In this document: piece after piece, positions 11,921 through 23,430 of the stretch | Numbering within the stretch: the first letter of the stretch is position 1 | Layout: the number at the start of each line of letters is the position of its first letter | NCBI RefSeq assembly: GCF_004010195.1 | Contig: NC_057758.1 | Location: forward strand, 8,707,446-8,764,170 | Source: Chiloscyllium plagiosum | Taxonomy: Eukaryota | Direction of reading: 5' to 3' | Length of the DNA stretch: 56,725 bases | Position numbers and translations under genes: made by a program | Notes under the pieces: model-generated | What the model was told of the DNA's origin: nothing | What the model saw: only the letters and a program-made list of their open reading frames with translations | Database searches by the model: none

Positions 11921-12339
11921 TTTAGTCTTTGTTGTTTCTCAATTCCACTCACACAGATTCTACACCATCTGTCCATATTTCAGTGATGGGAACTGAGTAA
12001 TAGGACAGCAAAATACTTTTGCATTGTCGCTAATTTATAGCTTGGACATGGACTAAAAATATGACATTGTCGATTCCACTGAATTGTTGCGACAACCTAT
12101 GCCTTTACCGAAATATTCTGTTTGCTTTATGGAAGAATATAAACATGTGAACCTGCTTGAGAGGACACAGACAATTTCAAATGTTTGTATTCTTCCATAA
12201 TACCGACAGAATATTTGGTCAAAGACATCGGCTGTCGCCACATTCCCATGGACTTGACATTGTAATATTTTTACTTTATTTGTTTTTATTTCATATGAAG
12301 AAGACGCGAGTTAATAAGGAGATATAAGTTGGTCAAATG

Positions 12340-13030
12340 AACAACAAATATTTGTGTATGGAGAACAGAATGGACAATGTACCTGTGTTCAAATATGTTG
12401 GAAATTTAATGGAAACGTATGTATTATTTAAATGGAGAGATCGGATTGAGGCACAGAAGAATCAGGCACGTTGATCACACAAAAAAATGTCGTATACATC
12501 AAGGTTTTAGAGTGGCCAGACAAATGTTGAAACTTTTTTGAAACAGAATTCATTCAGAAGTAGGAAGAATTTTCTACAGTTTCACAGAGTACTGGTGAGA
12601 CCACATCGGAAGAGCAATGGTCATAATGACAAGCAAAGCAGTCCAGAGAAGATACACTCAACTGACTCCTGTGAAGAATTGTATTTCATGTGGAAATATT
12701 GACCAGACTGGCCCTGGATCTCCTGGAGTTTAGCTGGACAATATGTGATCTTGTTTAACCACAGAATTTTCCGAATTGTCTTTTTAAGTTGAATTCTGAA
12801 ATAGTATTTCAGTTTGTATGAGAGATTACAATAAGTGGATGTAAAGTAAAACTGAATATTATCTCATTTCATAAGATGGGAGTTGTTTCAGCCCTCTCAA
12901 CGTGTTGCGTATTTGTGAAACTCTCTTCCCAGAGAGCGATGAAGACTAGGACATTGAATATTTCTAAGGCAGAGGCAGGCAGATTCTTGACTAAGAATGA
13001 CACACTAACGTTGTAAGGGCAAAGAAGGAA
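12340..13030 (+). mobile_element. Highly decayed CR1 3' fragment
   Basis: Contains YYLNGE, LVRPH and GCAGTCCAGAGAAG..GGAGTTTAG, plus the 3' UTR motif AACTCTCTTCCCAGAGAGCG..GAATATTT.TAAGGCAGAG. The paralogue is at about 30885-31580. Confidence 0.65.
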
Positions 13031-16000
13031 CACTTCCGCCTGATGCTCGTTTCTACTTTTTTGTTGTCTTCAGCTACCGAAAAATTAGCAGACCATTCTC
13101 ATGAACATGAAGACTTTTCCTTACAGATTGATGGGCGCAACTTTTCAAATGTGTTTCTTAAACAAGTGAAAAACTCCTTTGAAACTGCTTTAGAAATTAG
13201 ATAATGTCGAATAGATGTCTTAACAGTGCAGCTTCCTTTCAGTTGTTGTTGTGAGGTGAGTTTCGTTAGGAAAGCCACCGATCTGTTGCCTATGTTTAAT
13301 TTCCACTCATAATGTGTCAGTGAACCCTAGTCGTTCTCGTGGTGCAGGAACACTAACATTTTTGTTTCAGAGAGAGTTACAGGATTCTCAACAAGTGACA
13401 GTGAAGGGAAAATGGTTTCGATTCAAGTCGGGATGCAATGTGAGCTTGCAGATTATATCCTTCACCAATTAATGTTCACAAACTATGGAAATGGTGTGAC
13501 TATATTCTGTTTTCAAGAAGTAAAGTGATAGAATGTTATGGCACACAAACAGGCCATTCAGCGCAACATGTCTACACCAAGCAGAATACACCGAACTACA
13601 TTAATGAAAGTTACCTCAAGGCGCTTGGCCGACTCTGCTCTGGCATTTTGTGCTCATTCAATCGCTGATTAAATGCTACATTAACTTGTGTTATTCGTGG
13701 CCTGGGCAGTCAGTTGGCCTTTTATTTCAATGTATTGACGAAATGGTTTCTGCAAATGCATCACACTACTTCAAAGGCGCAACATGCTCATCAGATCAGT
13801 AAACATGGTTACATTATTCAATAATTATGAGGAAATCGGATTTTTCAAAAATTCATTTGGGATTTTAGTGGAGCTAGTCAAACATTAATTGCCATTAAGA
13901 ATTTCCAGTCCAGTTGGTGTTGGCCCATTCAAGTGGCTGTTGGGAGGAGTACCAGCTATACATCTCATGTGCCAATTTAGCTGGGAGTAAGCATTACTGG
14001 TGATGGACGTAGTGTTAAACAAGCCGCTGTACTGTGATGAACAGTTGGCAGAAAAATGCAGGAAAACTGACTCTTTGTCAAAGCCAATATGTGGCAAGGG
14101 ATTTATTATTCTGCAGAGAAATAACAACTTTGCAACGAGAAGTCTATATAACAATAAATGAAAGTTTGTTTGTATGGTATTGGTGTCCTTAAACTAATGG
14201 TGTCAAACTGCTGGAATAATGTTGGTGAGCTTATTGAGCGAAACTTGCACTGAGCATGTGAATTAGCTTGGATATTTTCAGAGATGGATGGGCTGTCCTC
14301 GGTTTAGGAACTGCTGATGCTGCATGGGATGATGCTGATTTGTAATCTCCCCACTTACTGAGCACAGTTCGGCTGTCTTTTCACTCTGTCTATACCTCGC
14401 ATGCTGTTATGTATCTCAGTCAGGTTCACACCATAACCTTCTCTGCTCCAAAGTAAAGCAAAAGCAAATATTGCCTATCTTTTTGGTTTGAGTACTCTCT
14501 TGTGTTTTTATTCTTTCAAAGTGCAACATCTCACATATTGCTGTGTTAAGTTTTTCGATCATTTATCTGGCCATCTGAACAATCCGGTTGTACCCTCCTG
14601 TAACCTAACACTTTCGTCCTCACTGTGAACAATCGGAACAATAATTGTGTTATCCACAACATTGTTCATCATGCTCTACCTCCACCCCCATCTCCCACAT
14701 TCTTATCATCAACGTGTAGGAATATCAGAAACAAAACTTGCTTTTTTAAAATCTGTACTACAGTCGTTGTTGCAGAGGAAGAATTAATAATTCCAGTCTA
14801 TACTTTTCCCTCTTGTGGTGAATTTGCAGCATGATGCAGGAGAGGGCTTTTATTAGGGAGCAACAAATAGTATTTTGGACATGGAACTGAATTCTGCTTT
14901 TATACTCCGGCCCTCTGCATGTATTATTCATAAGGCTAGTACATCATTATTCTTGGAATCGCTTTTGGCACTGTGCACTGCAACATTTCCATGTTATGTG
15001 GGCCTGCAGCTCATTCTTTATAACATTCGCTGCAATCGCGTCAGAACACAGGGAACCTTTTTTTTAATCTGCAGGATGGACACAGGCTCATTCATGAAGT
15101 TTGTTTGAAAGAACTAAGGTGACAAGGATAAAGATTCAATTAAATTCTGCATTATAAGCATGCAGTTGAAAGTCAAATCGCAATCTCATTTCTATATTGA
15201 ATTGGAAGCAAATTCATTAAAAAAAAAACACCCACCGTTCTGGATATTGTTGAGTGACATAAAGTGACATAATATCGAGATAATGAATTGGAGAGAAAAG
15301 AAAATGTCTGTACTTGATGGAGATACAGAAATGTAGAGTGGATGTACAACTTGAACAAGAATAATGTTAATAATAGAAGTATGAGAAACATTTTCCTAAT
15401 ATTCAAAAGAAACCAGATCCTACTTTTCCTTAACAGTGATGTTTGATTGACCACCAATCTCAGTTTTCCAACTGCATGGTTTCCCCTGTCACAGATGGTC
15501 CTTCTGACACACCACCTTCTCCCCTTCCTACCCTTTCCTTCCCCACCTACTTCCCTTGCATCGCCCCTTCTGCTGTGACAAACCCTTCCATTGACGATCT
15601 CCTTTCAAACTTCTCGCACTGTGTATTACACCACTTCTCTATCCCTCCCACTTTCCCTGAGCCTCACTTTCGCTTTTTGCTCTCACACTAAATATTGGAA
15701 ATTTCTGACTTCTGTGCTACTACTTGTCATCAGTGAATGGTGCGTTTGAAATGATCACTGTCTAATAGCAACAGAAAACAGCATGTTTGTCACTGTCTAA
15801 TGCGCCCGTGAACAGGATGGCTTTGTTAACTATTTGTACAGAGTGGAGTTTCTCACTTTCCCTTTATCACAACACTTAACAAAGCAGCCACATCACCAAC
15901 AGGAGAAACTTCTTGGGACAGAATTGGAAGTCCACGTGTCAATTATCTTTTGTATATTGTGAGGATATTGTTCAAACAAACAGCATTCTTTTCTTTTGCT

Positions 16001-16744
16001 CCTTATTCTTTCAACTGATGTTCCAATATAATTTGAGGTGAGATCAATCGAAACAGGACTTGACTGAGCGTGGAATCAAGGACCCTGAGCAAAACTGTAA
16101 TTAATGGGAATTAGAGAACATCCTGCGCTGGTAATGGAAAAATGGGAAAGCAATCTATAAAAGTTACCTTCCAAGTTACATGCCATCCTGGCTAGAAACT
16201 AACTTGCTATTCCTTCATTAGCAGTTGTTAAAACATCTTGGAATGTGCCTAAAAGCAGCTCTGTGTGTATGTGCATCACTTGGATATAAGAGATTCAAGT
16301 AGGCTACTCCATGTCGCCTTTTCCAGAGTGATTGTGTTTGACACGTAAAATCTGCCCATGCTAATTCCTTCCAAAACCCGTGGATGACTATGCTGTGTAC
16401 CAATGTATATTATGTTTCCACAGTTTCATCTAAAGTTTCAGAAATGTAATACCTTGCTGAATGAGTAAGACCCTAGTGACACCAGGGGCATGATATGATA
16501 TTGAGGTAATGATTGGGATCCTTAATTCAACTGGTTACTTATAGAGGATTGATCATGTGATTCATGGCCACTGAAGTCACCATTTTCATGGTGATTTATG
16601 ACACGGAAAATGTTATTAATATTTAGGTCCTTGTCAAATCAAATAATTTTTCATTCAATGAACATAACCAAATACATGAGAGTTTACTGAAATGACAGCT
16701 TCACTGTTCCCTTTCATATCAGAAGAATATCAACTCTCCAAAAG

Positions 16745-16950
16745 ATAAAGCAAGTTGGAAGTGCTGGAAAACTTCAACAAGTCCACCGGCATCTGAGCAG
16801 AAAGAGAATTAACGTTCTAAGACCAATACGACTTTTTCAGAACAGAGTCATGCTCGTCTCAAAATGTGAGCTCTCTTTCACTCTCAAGATACTGACTCAT
16901 CAGCTGTGTTTCACCAACAATTTCCACTTGTATTTGAGATTTCTAAGATC
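16745..16950. mobile_element. Older fold-back Penelope pLTR-derived element
   Basis: GTGCTGGAAAACTTCAACAAGTC..GGCATCTG..AGAATTAACGTT is mirrored by AAATGTGAGCTCT..GATACTG..CTGTGTTTCACCAACA. The paralogue is at 35295-35505. Confidence 0.55.
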
Positions 16951-16982
16951 TCGTATACGCTAGCACAGTGACATATTTGGGT

Positions 16983-17270
16983 GGGTGGCACGGTGGCTCA
17001 GTGCTTAGCACTGCTGTCTCAAAGCACCTGTGATTCTGTGCTCAATTCCACCCTTGGGCCACCTTCTGTCCTGAGCTTTCATATTCTTCCCATGTCTGTA
17101 GGTGTTTCTTAATCCTCCCAATTGACCATGAAAAATTGTTCATCTGCAACTACTTGCTTTAAAAATGGGAGATAGAGTTACCGTGTAGGAGGTGGATCTG
17201 GGTGCAATTTTCTTCAGAGGATCAGTGTTAGCTCGATGGGCCGAATGTTTTATTTTAACACTTTAAAATT
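16983..17270 (+). mobile_element. HE1-type tRNA-derived SINE (decayed, near full length)
   Basis: The head GGGTGGCACGGTGGCTCAGTGCTTAGCACTGCTG carries A-box-like and B-box-like (GCTCAATTCC) motifs. The CR1-derived tail is TCGATGGGCCGAATG. The paralogue is at 35538-35815. Confidence 0.85.
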
Positions 17271-17430
17271 GTATATCATTATTATAACAAAGGCGGTGGT
17301 TACTGGGGCCAACATCTCTGTATTAGCACGGAATGAGCTATATTTCTATTGATCTTGTTCCGTATTCTTCCCATGGCCCTGCACATTGTGTTATCCATGT
17401 TGTGGTTTTTAATTCTGAATATACTGTGCA

Positions 17431-19255
17431 TCGAACAGCCAGGAGGGGGCATGAGAAGTCGTTGGTAGATTGGGTCAAGGAAAACTCGAAGGCTTTCGTA
17501 AACTATATCAGGAATAAAAAGATGATGAGAGTAAGATTAGGGCCTATCAAGTGTAGTAGTGTGAAGTTGTGCTTGGAGTCAGAGGAGATAGGGGAAGTGC
17601 TAAGTGAATTTTTTCATCCGTATTTACACTAGAAAATAGCCAATGTTGTCAAAGAGAATCCTGAGATACAGGGCAGTAGATTAGATAGGATAAAGTTTCA
17701 CAAGGAAGAGGTTGTAGCAATTCTGGAAAGTGTAAAATAGATAATTTATCCTAGGACTCTCTGGGAAGCCAGGGAGGAATTTGCAGAGCCTTTAGCTTTG
17801 ATTTTATGTTGTCATTGTCTACAGGAATAGTGCAGAGTGCTGGAGGATAGCAAATGTTGTTACCTTGTTCAAGAAGGGGAGTAGAGTCTAATTATAGACC
17901 AGTGAACGTTACTTTGGTTGTGGGAAAAGTGTTGAAATTGTTAAAGAGATCGGGTTTATACTCATCTAGAAAGGAATAATTTGATTAGCTATAGTCAACA
18001 CGGTTTGGTGAAAGGTAGGTCGTGCCTCTCAAACCTTATTGAATTTTTTCAGAAGGTGACCAAACATGTGGATGCGGGTAAAACGGTTGATGTAGTGTAT
18101 ATGACATTCAGTAAAGCATTTGGTAAGGTTCCCCACGATAGGCTATTACATAAAAAATGGAGGCGTCGGATTGATGGTAATTTAGCGGATTGGATCCGGA
18201 ATTGGCTAGCTGAAAGGAGATAGAGGTTGGTAGATGATGGAAAATGTTCATTGGAGTTCAGTTACTAGTAGTGTACCGTAAGGATCTGATTTGGGCCCAC
18301 TGCTGTTTGTCATTTTTATAAACGATATGGATGATGGCGTAGAAGCATGGGTTCGTAAATTTGCAGAATGCACTGAGGTCGCTAGAGTTGTGGATAGTGC
18401 CGAACGATGTTGTGGGTTACAGCAGGACACTGATAATTTGGAGGCTGGGCTGTGAGGTGGTAAATGGAATGCAATGCGGAACAATGTCAGATGATTCACT
18501 TCGGATGGAGCAACAGGAATGCAGAGTATTGGGCTCTTGGTAAGACTCTTGGTAGTGTAGATGAGTAGAGATTCCTCAGTGTCCATGTACACAGATCCAT
18601 GAAAGTTGCTCCCCAGTTTGATAGGGTTGTTCAGAAGGCATATGGTGTGTTTGCTTTTGTTAGTAGAGGGATTTTGTTTCAGAACCATTGGTTCATGTTG
18701 CAAGAGTACAAAACCCTGGTGCAACCACACTTGGACTATTGAATACAGTTCTGGTCACCTCATTCATGGAAGGATGTGGAATCTTTGGAAAGGGTTCAGA
18801 GGAGCTTTGCGAGGTTGGTGCCTGGTATGGAGGTAAGGTCTTATGAGGAAAGGCTGAGGGACTTGAGACTGTTTCATTTGAGAGAATGTTGAGAGGTGAC
18901 TTAATTCAGGCTTATAATATAATCAGAGATTAGATAGGCTGGATAGCGAGAGCATTTGTTTTCTTGAATGGCATGGGCTCGCACGAGGATACGTCGCTTG
19001 AAATTGAGATGTAATGGATACAGAACAGATGTCAGAGGTCGTTTCTTTACTCAAAGAGTAGCGGGGTGTGGAACGCACTGACTGCAACAGAAGTTGATTC
19101 GCCAACTTTAAGGGCATTTAAGTGGTCATTGGATAGGCATATAGATGAAAAATCTGGTAGTGTAGGTTAGATGGGCTTCAGATTGGTTTCATAGGTTGGT
19201 GCAACATTGAGGGCAGAAGAGGCAGTCCTGCGCTGTAATGTACTGTGTTTTATAT
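17431..19255 (+). mobile_element. 5'-truncated CR1 (HER1-like) LINE: ORF2 RT to 3' UTR
   Basis: Contains VKENSKAF..YIRNK, SQHGLVKGRSCLSNLIEFF..VDVVYM.FSKAFGKVPH and the CR1 3' tail CAACATTGAGGGCAGAAG..CTGCGCTGTAATG, with many stops. Confidence 0.92.
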
Positions 19256-19349
19256 GTACACAACCCTGTCCAACTCTATAAGCACTGATTAAATACTAAT
19301 GCAGCATACTCTTCTTTCCGTTTGATATTGCCCTGTTCACATCATTGAA

Positions 19350-19630
19350 TGCATGTAGTGTGGAAACAGGTCTTTGGAAGAGTAACCTACACACACCCAT
19401 TCTTCAACCCCGATATTGACCCCTCACGAATGTGCCTCACCTGCACATCGGTGAACACAATGAGAAGATTAGCTTGTCCAATTCACCTAATCTCCACATC
19501 TTTGAACTGTGGATGAAATACACACAGACCTGGGGAGAGTATGCAAACTCCACACAGAGAATCGCCTCCGAACCAGACTCGGAGCACTGTGAAAGTGTAG
19601 CGCTAATCCCTGACCCACAGAGCCACATCC
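19350..19630 (-). mobile_element. HE1-type SINE (decayed)
   Basis: AGTGTGGAAACAGG tail and TGCAAACTCCACACAG body on the minus strand. The paralogue is at 37905-38192. Confidence 0.75.
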
Positions 19631-20561
19631 GCAAACAGCATTCTATCTCAGTTGCTCTGCTTTGCATTTCATTCTGTCTGCCAGAAAGCATGATGGTGAC
19701 TGGGGGATTATCGTTGTATTCCCCTCAAATCTCCTCAACCACTGCTCCCAGTCCTTTCTGTCTCCTAACTAATGTTATTTTCATTCTGTTCCAGACTCAT
19801 TAATCCATGGGTTTTAATGAACAAGGTCTTTGTACATGCCATATTTTTTTTTCTTTGGAGTGAAGTTAAAAAAAATGTAAATCTCACTGTTTCAAAGCAA
19901 ATAAAACAGCAATTAGATGTTTGCCAATTAAAAAAAAACCTGAACCACAACGTGTGTGTTGATATTACAGTGTCGCCTTCAGACACCAGTCAAAGTCATG
20001 TACAGACCTATCCAAGCATCCTCTCTAAGGCCATGGCAACTCTACCCAGGGACAATCTTTTGGTTGGCAGTTTTTCTAGCCGAGGAGAGAACTGCAAAAT
20101 AACAACAACTTCATTGTGTGTTTTTTGGGGCTGCAAACCATTACAGCATTGTACATGAACAACACAGCGGAATCATCTAACCGGTGAAAAGAAAACATCC
20201 ATCAGTTCCCACCCACCCCCACCTCGCCACTGACCTCACTAGTGATTGGAGATGAGACCTATACCTAGTGATGCCGACATCCAATCCAGTCCAGTCCAGC
20301 TGTTAATGTAAGCTGAAAATCCTGTAGTGAATGGGGTTAACTGGAAGTGTTTGTTCAGTAACTGTGATTGATTTCAGTCTCCATGGACTCTAACTGTGCC
20401 AGTAGAGGCTTTCTTTCTGCTATTAGTAATGGACTTCTTTCGGTGCTTTAGCCCATGGTAGCAGCAGATACATCACCTCCAACACTAACGGAGTCAGTAG
20501 CCGCAGAGACAGGGAGAGGAGATATCAGAATCTGAGAACAACAGACTGGAAAGTTCCAGTA

Positions 20562-20736
20562 ATGGGTAATTACCTGAGAACATTAGACTGGAATGTTACA
20601 ACAATGCACAGGAGTTTATCCGATGGTCTTTTCTGGTTTTCCTGGTCTGGGTCAATATTATCATTGCAAATATTCGGTGTACTGACGATTATTCAGGCAG
20701 GTTATTATCCCACCCTCGCTATTTTTGGTGTTCCTG
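20562..20736 (+). pseudogene. First coding exon of a GPR139/GPR142-like orphan class A GPCR (copy 1), probably non-functional
   Basis: Translates as MGNYLRTLDWNVTTMHRSL..LTIIQAGYYPTLAIFGVP, with an N-glycosylation sequon (NVT) and the YY-P-x-L-A-x-x-G-V-P motif at the start of TM1. The expected phase-1 donor reads CCTG|TTAAT instead of CCTG|GT. Confidence 0.72.
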
Positions 20737-20851
20737 TTAATTTTTCAATCTCTATCTATTTATTAATTCTATAAACCATGTTGAACTTCATTGCTTTTTT
20801 TTGTTATCTGTATCTGGCAAAGACAGAAACTATTGTATTTAGTTCCATTAT

Positions 20852-21351
20852 NNNNNNNNNNNNNNNNNNNNNNNNNNNNNNNNNNNNNNNNNNNNNNNNN
20901 NNNNNNNNNNNNNNNNNNNNNNNNNNNNNNNNNNNNNNNNNNNNNNNNNNNNNNNNNNNNNNNNNNNNNNNNNNNNNNNNNNNNNNNNNNNNNNNNNNNN
21001 NNNNNNNNNNNNNNNNNNNNNNNNNNNNNNNNNNNNNNNNNNNNNNNNNNNNNNNNNNNNNNNNNNNNNNNNNNNNNNNNNNNNNNNNNNNNNNNNNNNN
21101 NNNNNNNNNNNNNNNNNNNNNNNNNNNNNNNNNNNNNNNNNNNNNNNNNNNNNNNNNNNNNNNNNNNNNNNNNNNNNNNNNNNNNNNNNNNNNNNNNNNN
21201 NNNNNNNNNNNNNNNNNNNNNNNNNNNNNNNNNNNNNNNNNNNNNNNNNNNNNNNNNNNNNNNNNNNNNNNNNNNNNNNNNNNNNNNNNNNNNNNNNNNN
21301 NNNNNNNNNNNNNNNNNNNNNNNNNNNNNNNNNNNNNNNNNNNNNNNNNNN
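20852..21351. other. Assembly gap (500 N)
   Basis: Run of N exactly between the two duplicate copies. The round size suggests a placeholder. Confidence 0.99.
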
Positions 21352-21942
21352 TTTGGTCTCCCAATGTAGAGAAAACCCCATCGGAAGCACCTGATGCAGT
21401 ACTCTAGGTTGGAAGGGAGGTAGGTGAATCTCTGTTTCACCTGGAAGGTCCGTTTGGGGCGCTGGGTGGAGGTGAGGGAGATTGTGTGCCAGCAGGTGAT
21501 GAACCTTTTCCGTTTGCGGGGCCGTTGTCAGTCTGGATTGGAGGGTTTGTTGGGGAGTGTGACACGAACCAAAGATTAGCGAAGGGAATGGTCCTTGTGG
21601 AAGATTAGATTACATTGCAGTGTGGAAACAGGCGCTACGGCCCAACAAGTCCACACCGACACGCCGAAGCGAAACCCACCCATACCCCTACATTTACCCC
21701 TTACCTAACACTACGGGCAATTTAGTATGGCCAATGCACCTGACCCTGCACATCTTTGGACTGTGGGAGGAAACCGGAGCACCCGGAGGAAACCCACGCA
21801 GACACGGGGTGAACGTTCAAACTCCACACAGTCAGTCAGTCGCCTGAGGCGGTAAGTGCCAGGTGTTGGGATCCAACCTGGTTTGCTGTATCTGGTGATA
21901 CAGGTGTGGTCTTCTCTACATCGGCGATCCCAAATGTAAACT

Positions 21943-22066
21943 NNNNNNNNNNNNNNNNNNNNNNNNNNNNNNNNNNNNNNNNNNNNNNNNNNNNNNNNNN
22001 NNNNNNNNNNNNNNNNNNNNNNNNNNNNNNNNNNNNNNNNNNNNNNNNNNNNNNNNNNNNNNNNNN
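21943..22066. other. Assembly gap (124 N)
   Basis: Run of N corresponding to 3370-3560 in copy 1. Confidence 0.98.
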
Positions 22067-23430
22067 AACTCAACATTGAGTTCTCCAATTTCAAATAACC
22101 TCCCCTCCAATCCCCCCAAAACATTCCCAGCCCCTCCTCCTCCCGACCATTCCTCTGATCAGCCCTTCTTCCATCTCCCAACTGGATTCATTCCTCCCAT
22201 CGACCAACCCAGTCATAACCTCTTCTTTTTTCCACATATCCCCCCCTCATCATCCTGTCTCCTCCTCTCCTACCTCGCCTGTGTAAATGTAGACCCCCTT
22301 AACACCCCCTCCCACACTCCCAGTCCTGAAGAATGCTTTTACTCAAGTCGTTGACTTCTCAAATCCTGATGCCGCCTCTCTTGTTGTGTTGTTCCGGCAT
22401 CCTGACCGTCTATTTTGAATTCCAACATTTGCAGATTTTTAAAAAAAATCTCTTGTTGTGTAAGAAACAATAGAGAGTGAATGTCTCTTCTTATCGTATA
22501 GTTTCGATGGGCTGAATGGCTGCCTCACATTCCAATGAAACCAGCTTGAGATGCTGAATGACCTCCTCTTTCTATACTGTGGAAAGGTTCAGGGTGCAGC
22601 AATGCTGACACACGAATTTTACCTGCACGTTAACAGCATGAGCTTGAACATTGTCAAGGTTTTGATGTTTTCTGTGATCTTCATTGAACATCTTCACTTC
22701 TGATCGAATGACGGAAGGAAAGACATTGATGAAGCAGCTGGAGATATTTGTGCTGAGGAAGCTACCCTGAGGACCACCCACAGAGATATCGAGGGACTGA
22801 GAGGATTGATGTTCACCAGCCACACTGTGTTCTGAATGACCCAAACAGTGGAGAGTTTCCAACTGATTCCTGTTAAGTTCAATCTTGTTCCGACCCTTTT
22901 AACCTTGTTCATTCAAATCTTGATGTAATGTCAGGGGCAGCCATTCTGACGCTGTGTTCATATCTTTTGTTCATGTCAACAGGCCAAGGTATATATGTGG
23001 GGAGTCTTTCCTTCTCTCAGAGGCTAGTGATTGTTGGAGCTTCTCTATCCCAGACATTTGCATCCCTGAAATGATTGGGAGGGGGTGAGGAGGGTGTCAA
23101 TTGATTTTGAGAGAGTCGAGACCTACAAAGATTTGGGCAAGAAAAAGAAATTGCTGCCAAGAGCAGATCAGCTCTGACTTTACTGAAGGGAATAGCAGAT
23201 TTGAGGAAGCTCAATAGCCTCGTGTTATTCCAGCATTCCCCAGAGTCCAGTCAGTTTGTGTCTCTTCCATGTCCTGTGTTACTGACCGAACGTAGCAGAA
23301 TAGACTGATCCTGTCGCTGCAGAACAGGATACTGGTTGTACATGATCTATTCTCAGTACAATTGTATAGGTTCAATGGGCTGATTGGCCTCCTCCTGTAA
23401 CTGTATGTCAGGCTCCCGGGGTTGAAAAGC

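Larger units (their letters stand above)
2779..20851 (+). repeat. Segmental duplication, copy 1 (at least 18 kb)
   Basis: Colinear with 21352-39413 throughout (2779 TTTGGTCTCCC matches 21352; 20851 matches 39413), apart from scattered substitutions and small indels. Confidence 0.97.

Noticed and set aside
13074..13203. Acceptor-like site followed by a 43-codon frame (TEKLADHSHEHEDF..)
   Set aside because: The length is within chance expectation and I recognise no homology.
15173..15457. Hydrophobic minus-strand ORF (MFLILLLLTLFLFKLY..) resembling a type II membrane anchor, also at 33765-34148
   Set aside because: A T-rich strand naturally yields F/L/I. I recognise no family and no compatible next exon, and retention in a recent duplicate is not evidence of selection.
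16964..16970. CACAGTG heptamers (also at 45199-45205) as V(D)J recombination signals
   Set aside because: There is no ACAAAAACC-like nonamer at 12 or 23 bp and no V, D or J segment.
16983..17055. tRNA gene
   Set aside because: This is the tRNA-derived head of an HE1-type SINE with mutated boxes and no complete cloverleaf.
20769..22181. Long ORFs of 156-223 aa
   Set aside because: They are artefacts of translating through N gaps.
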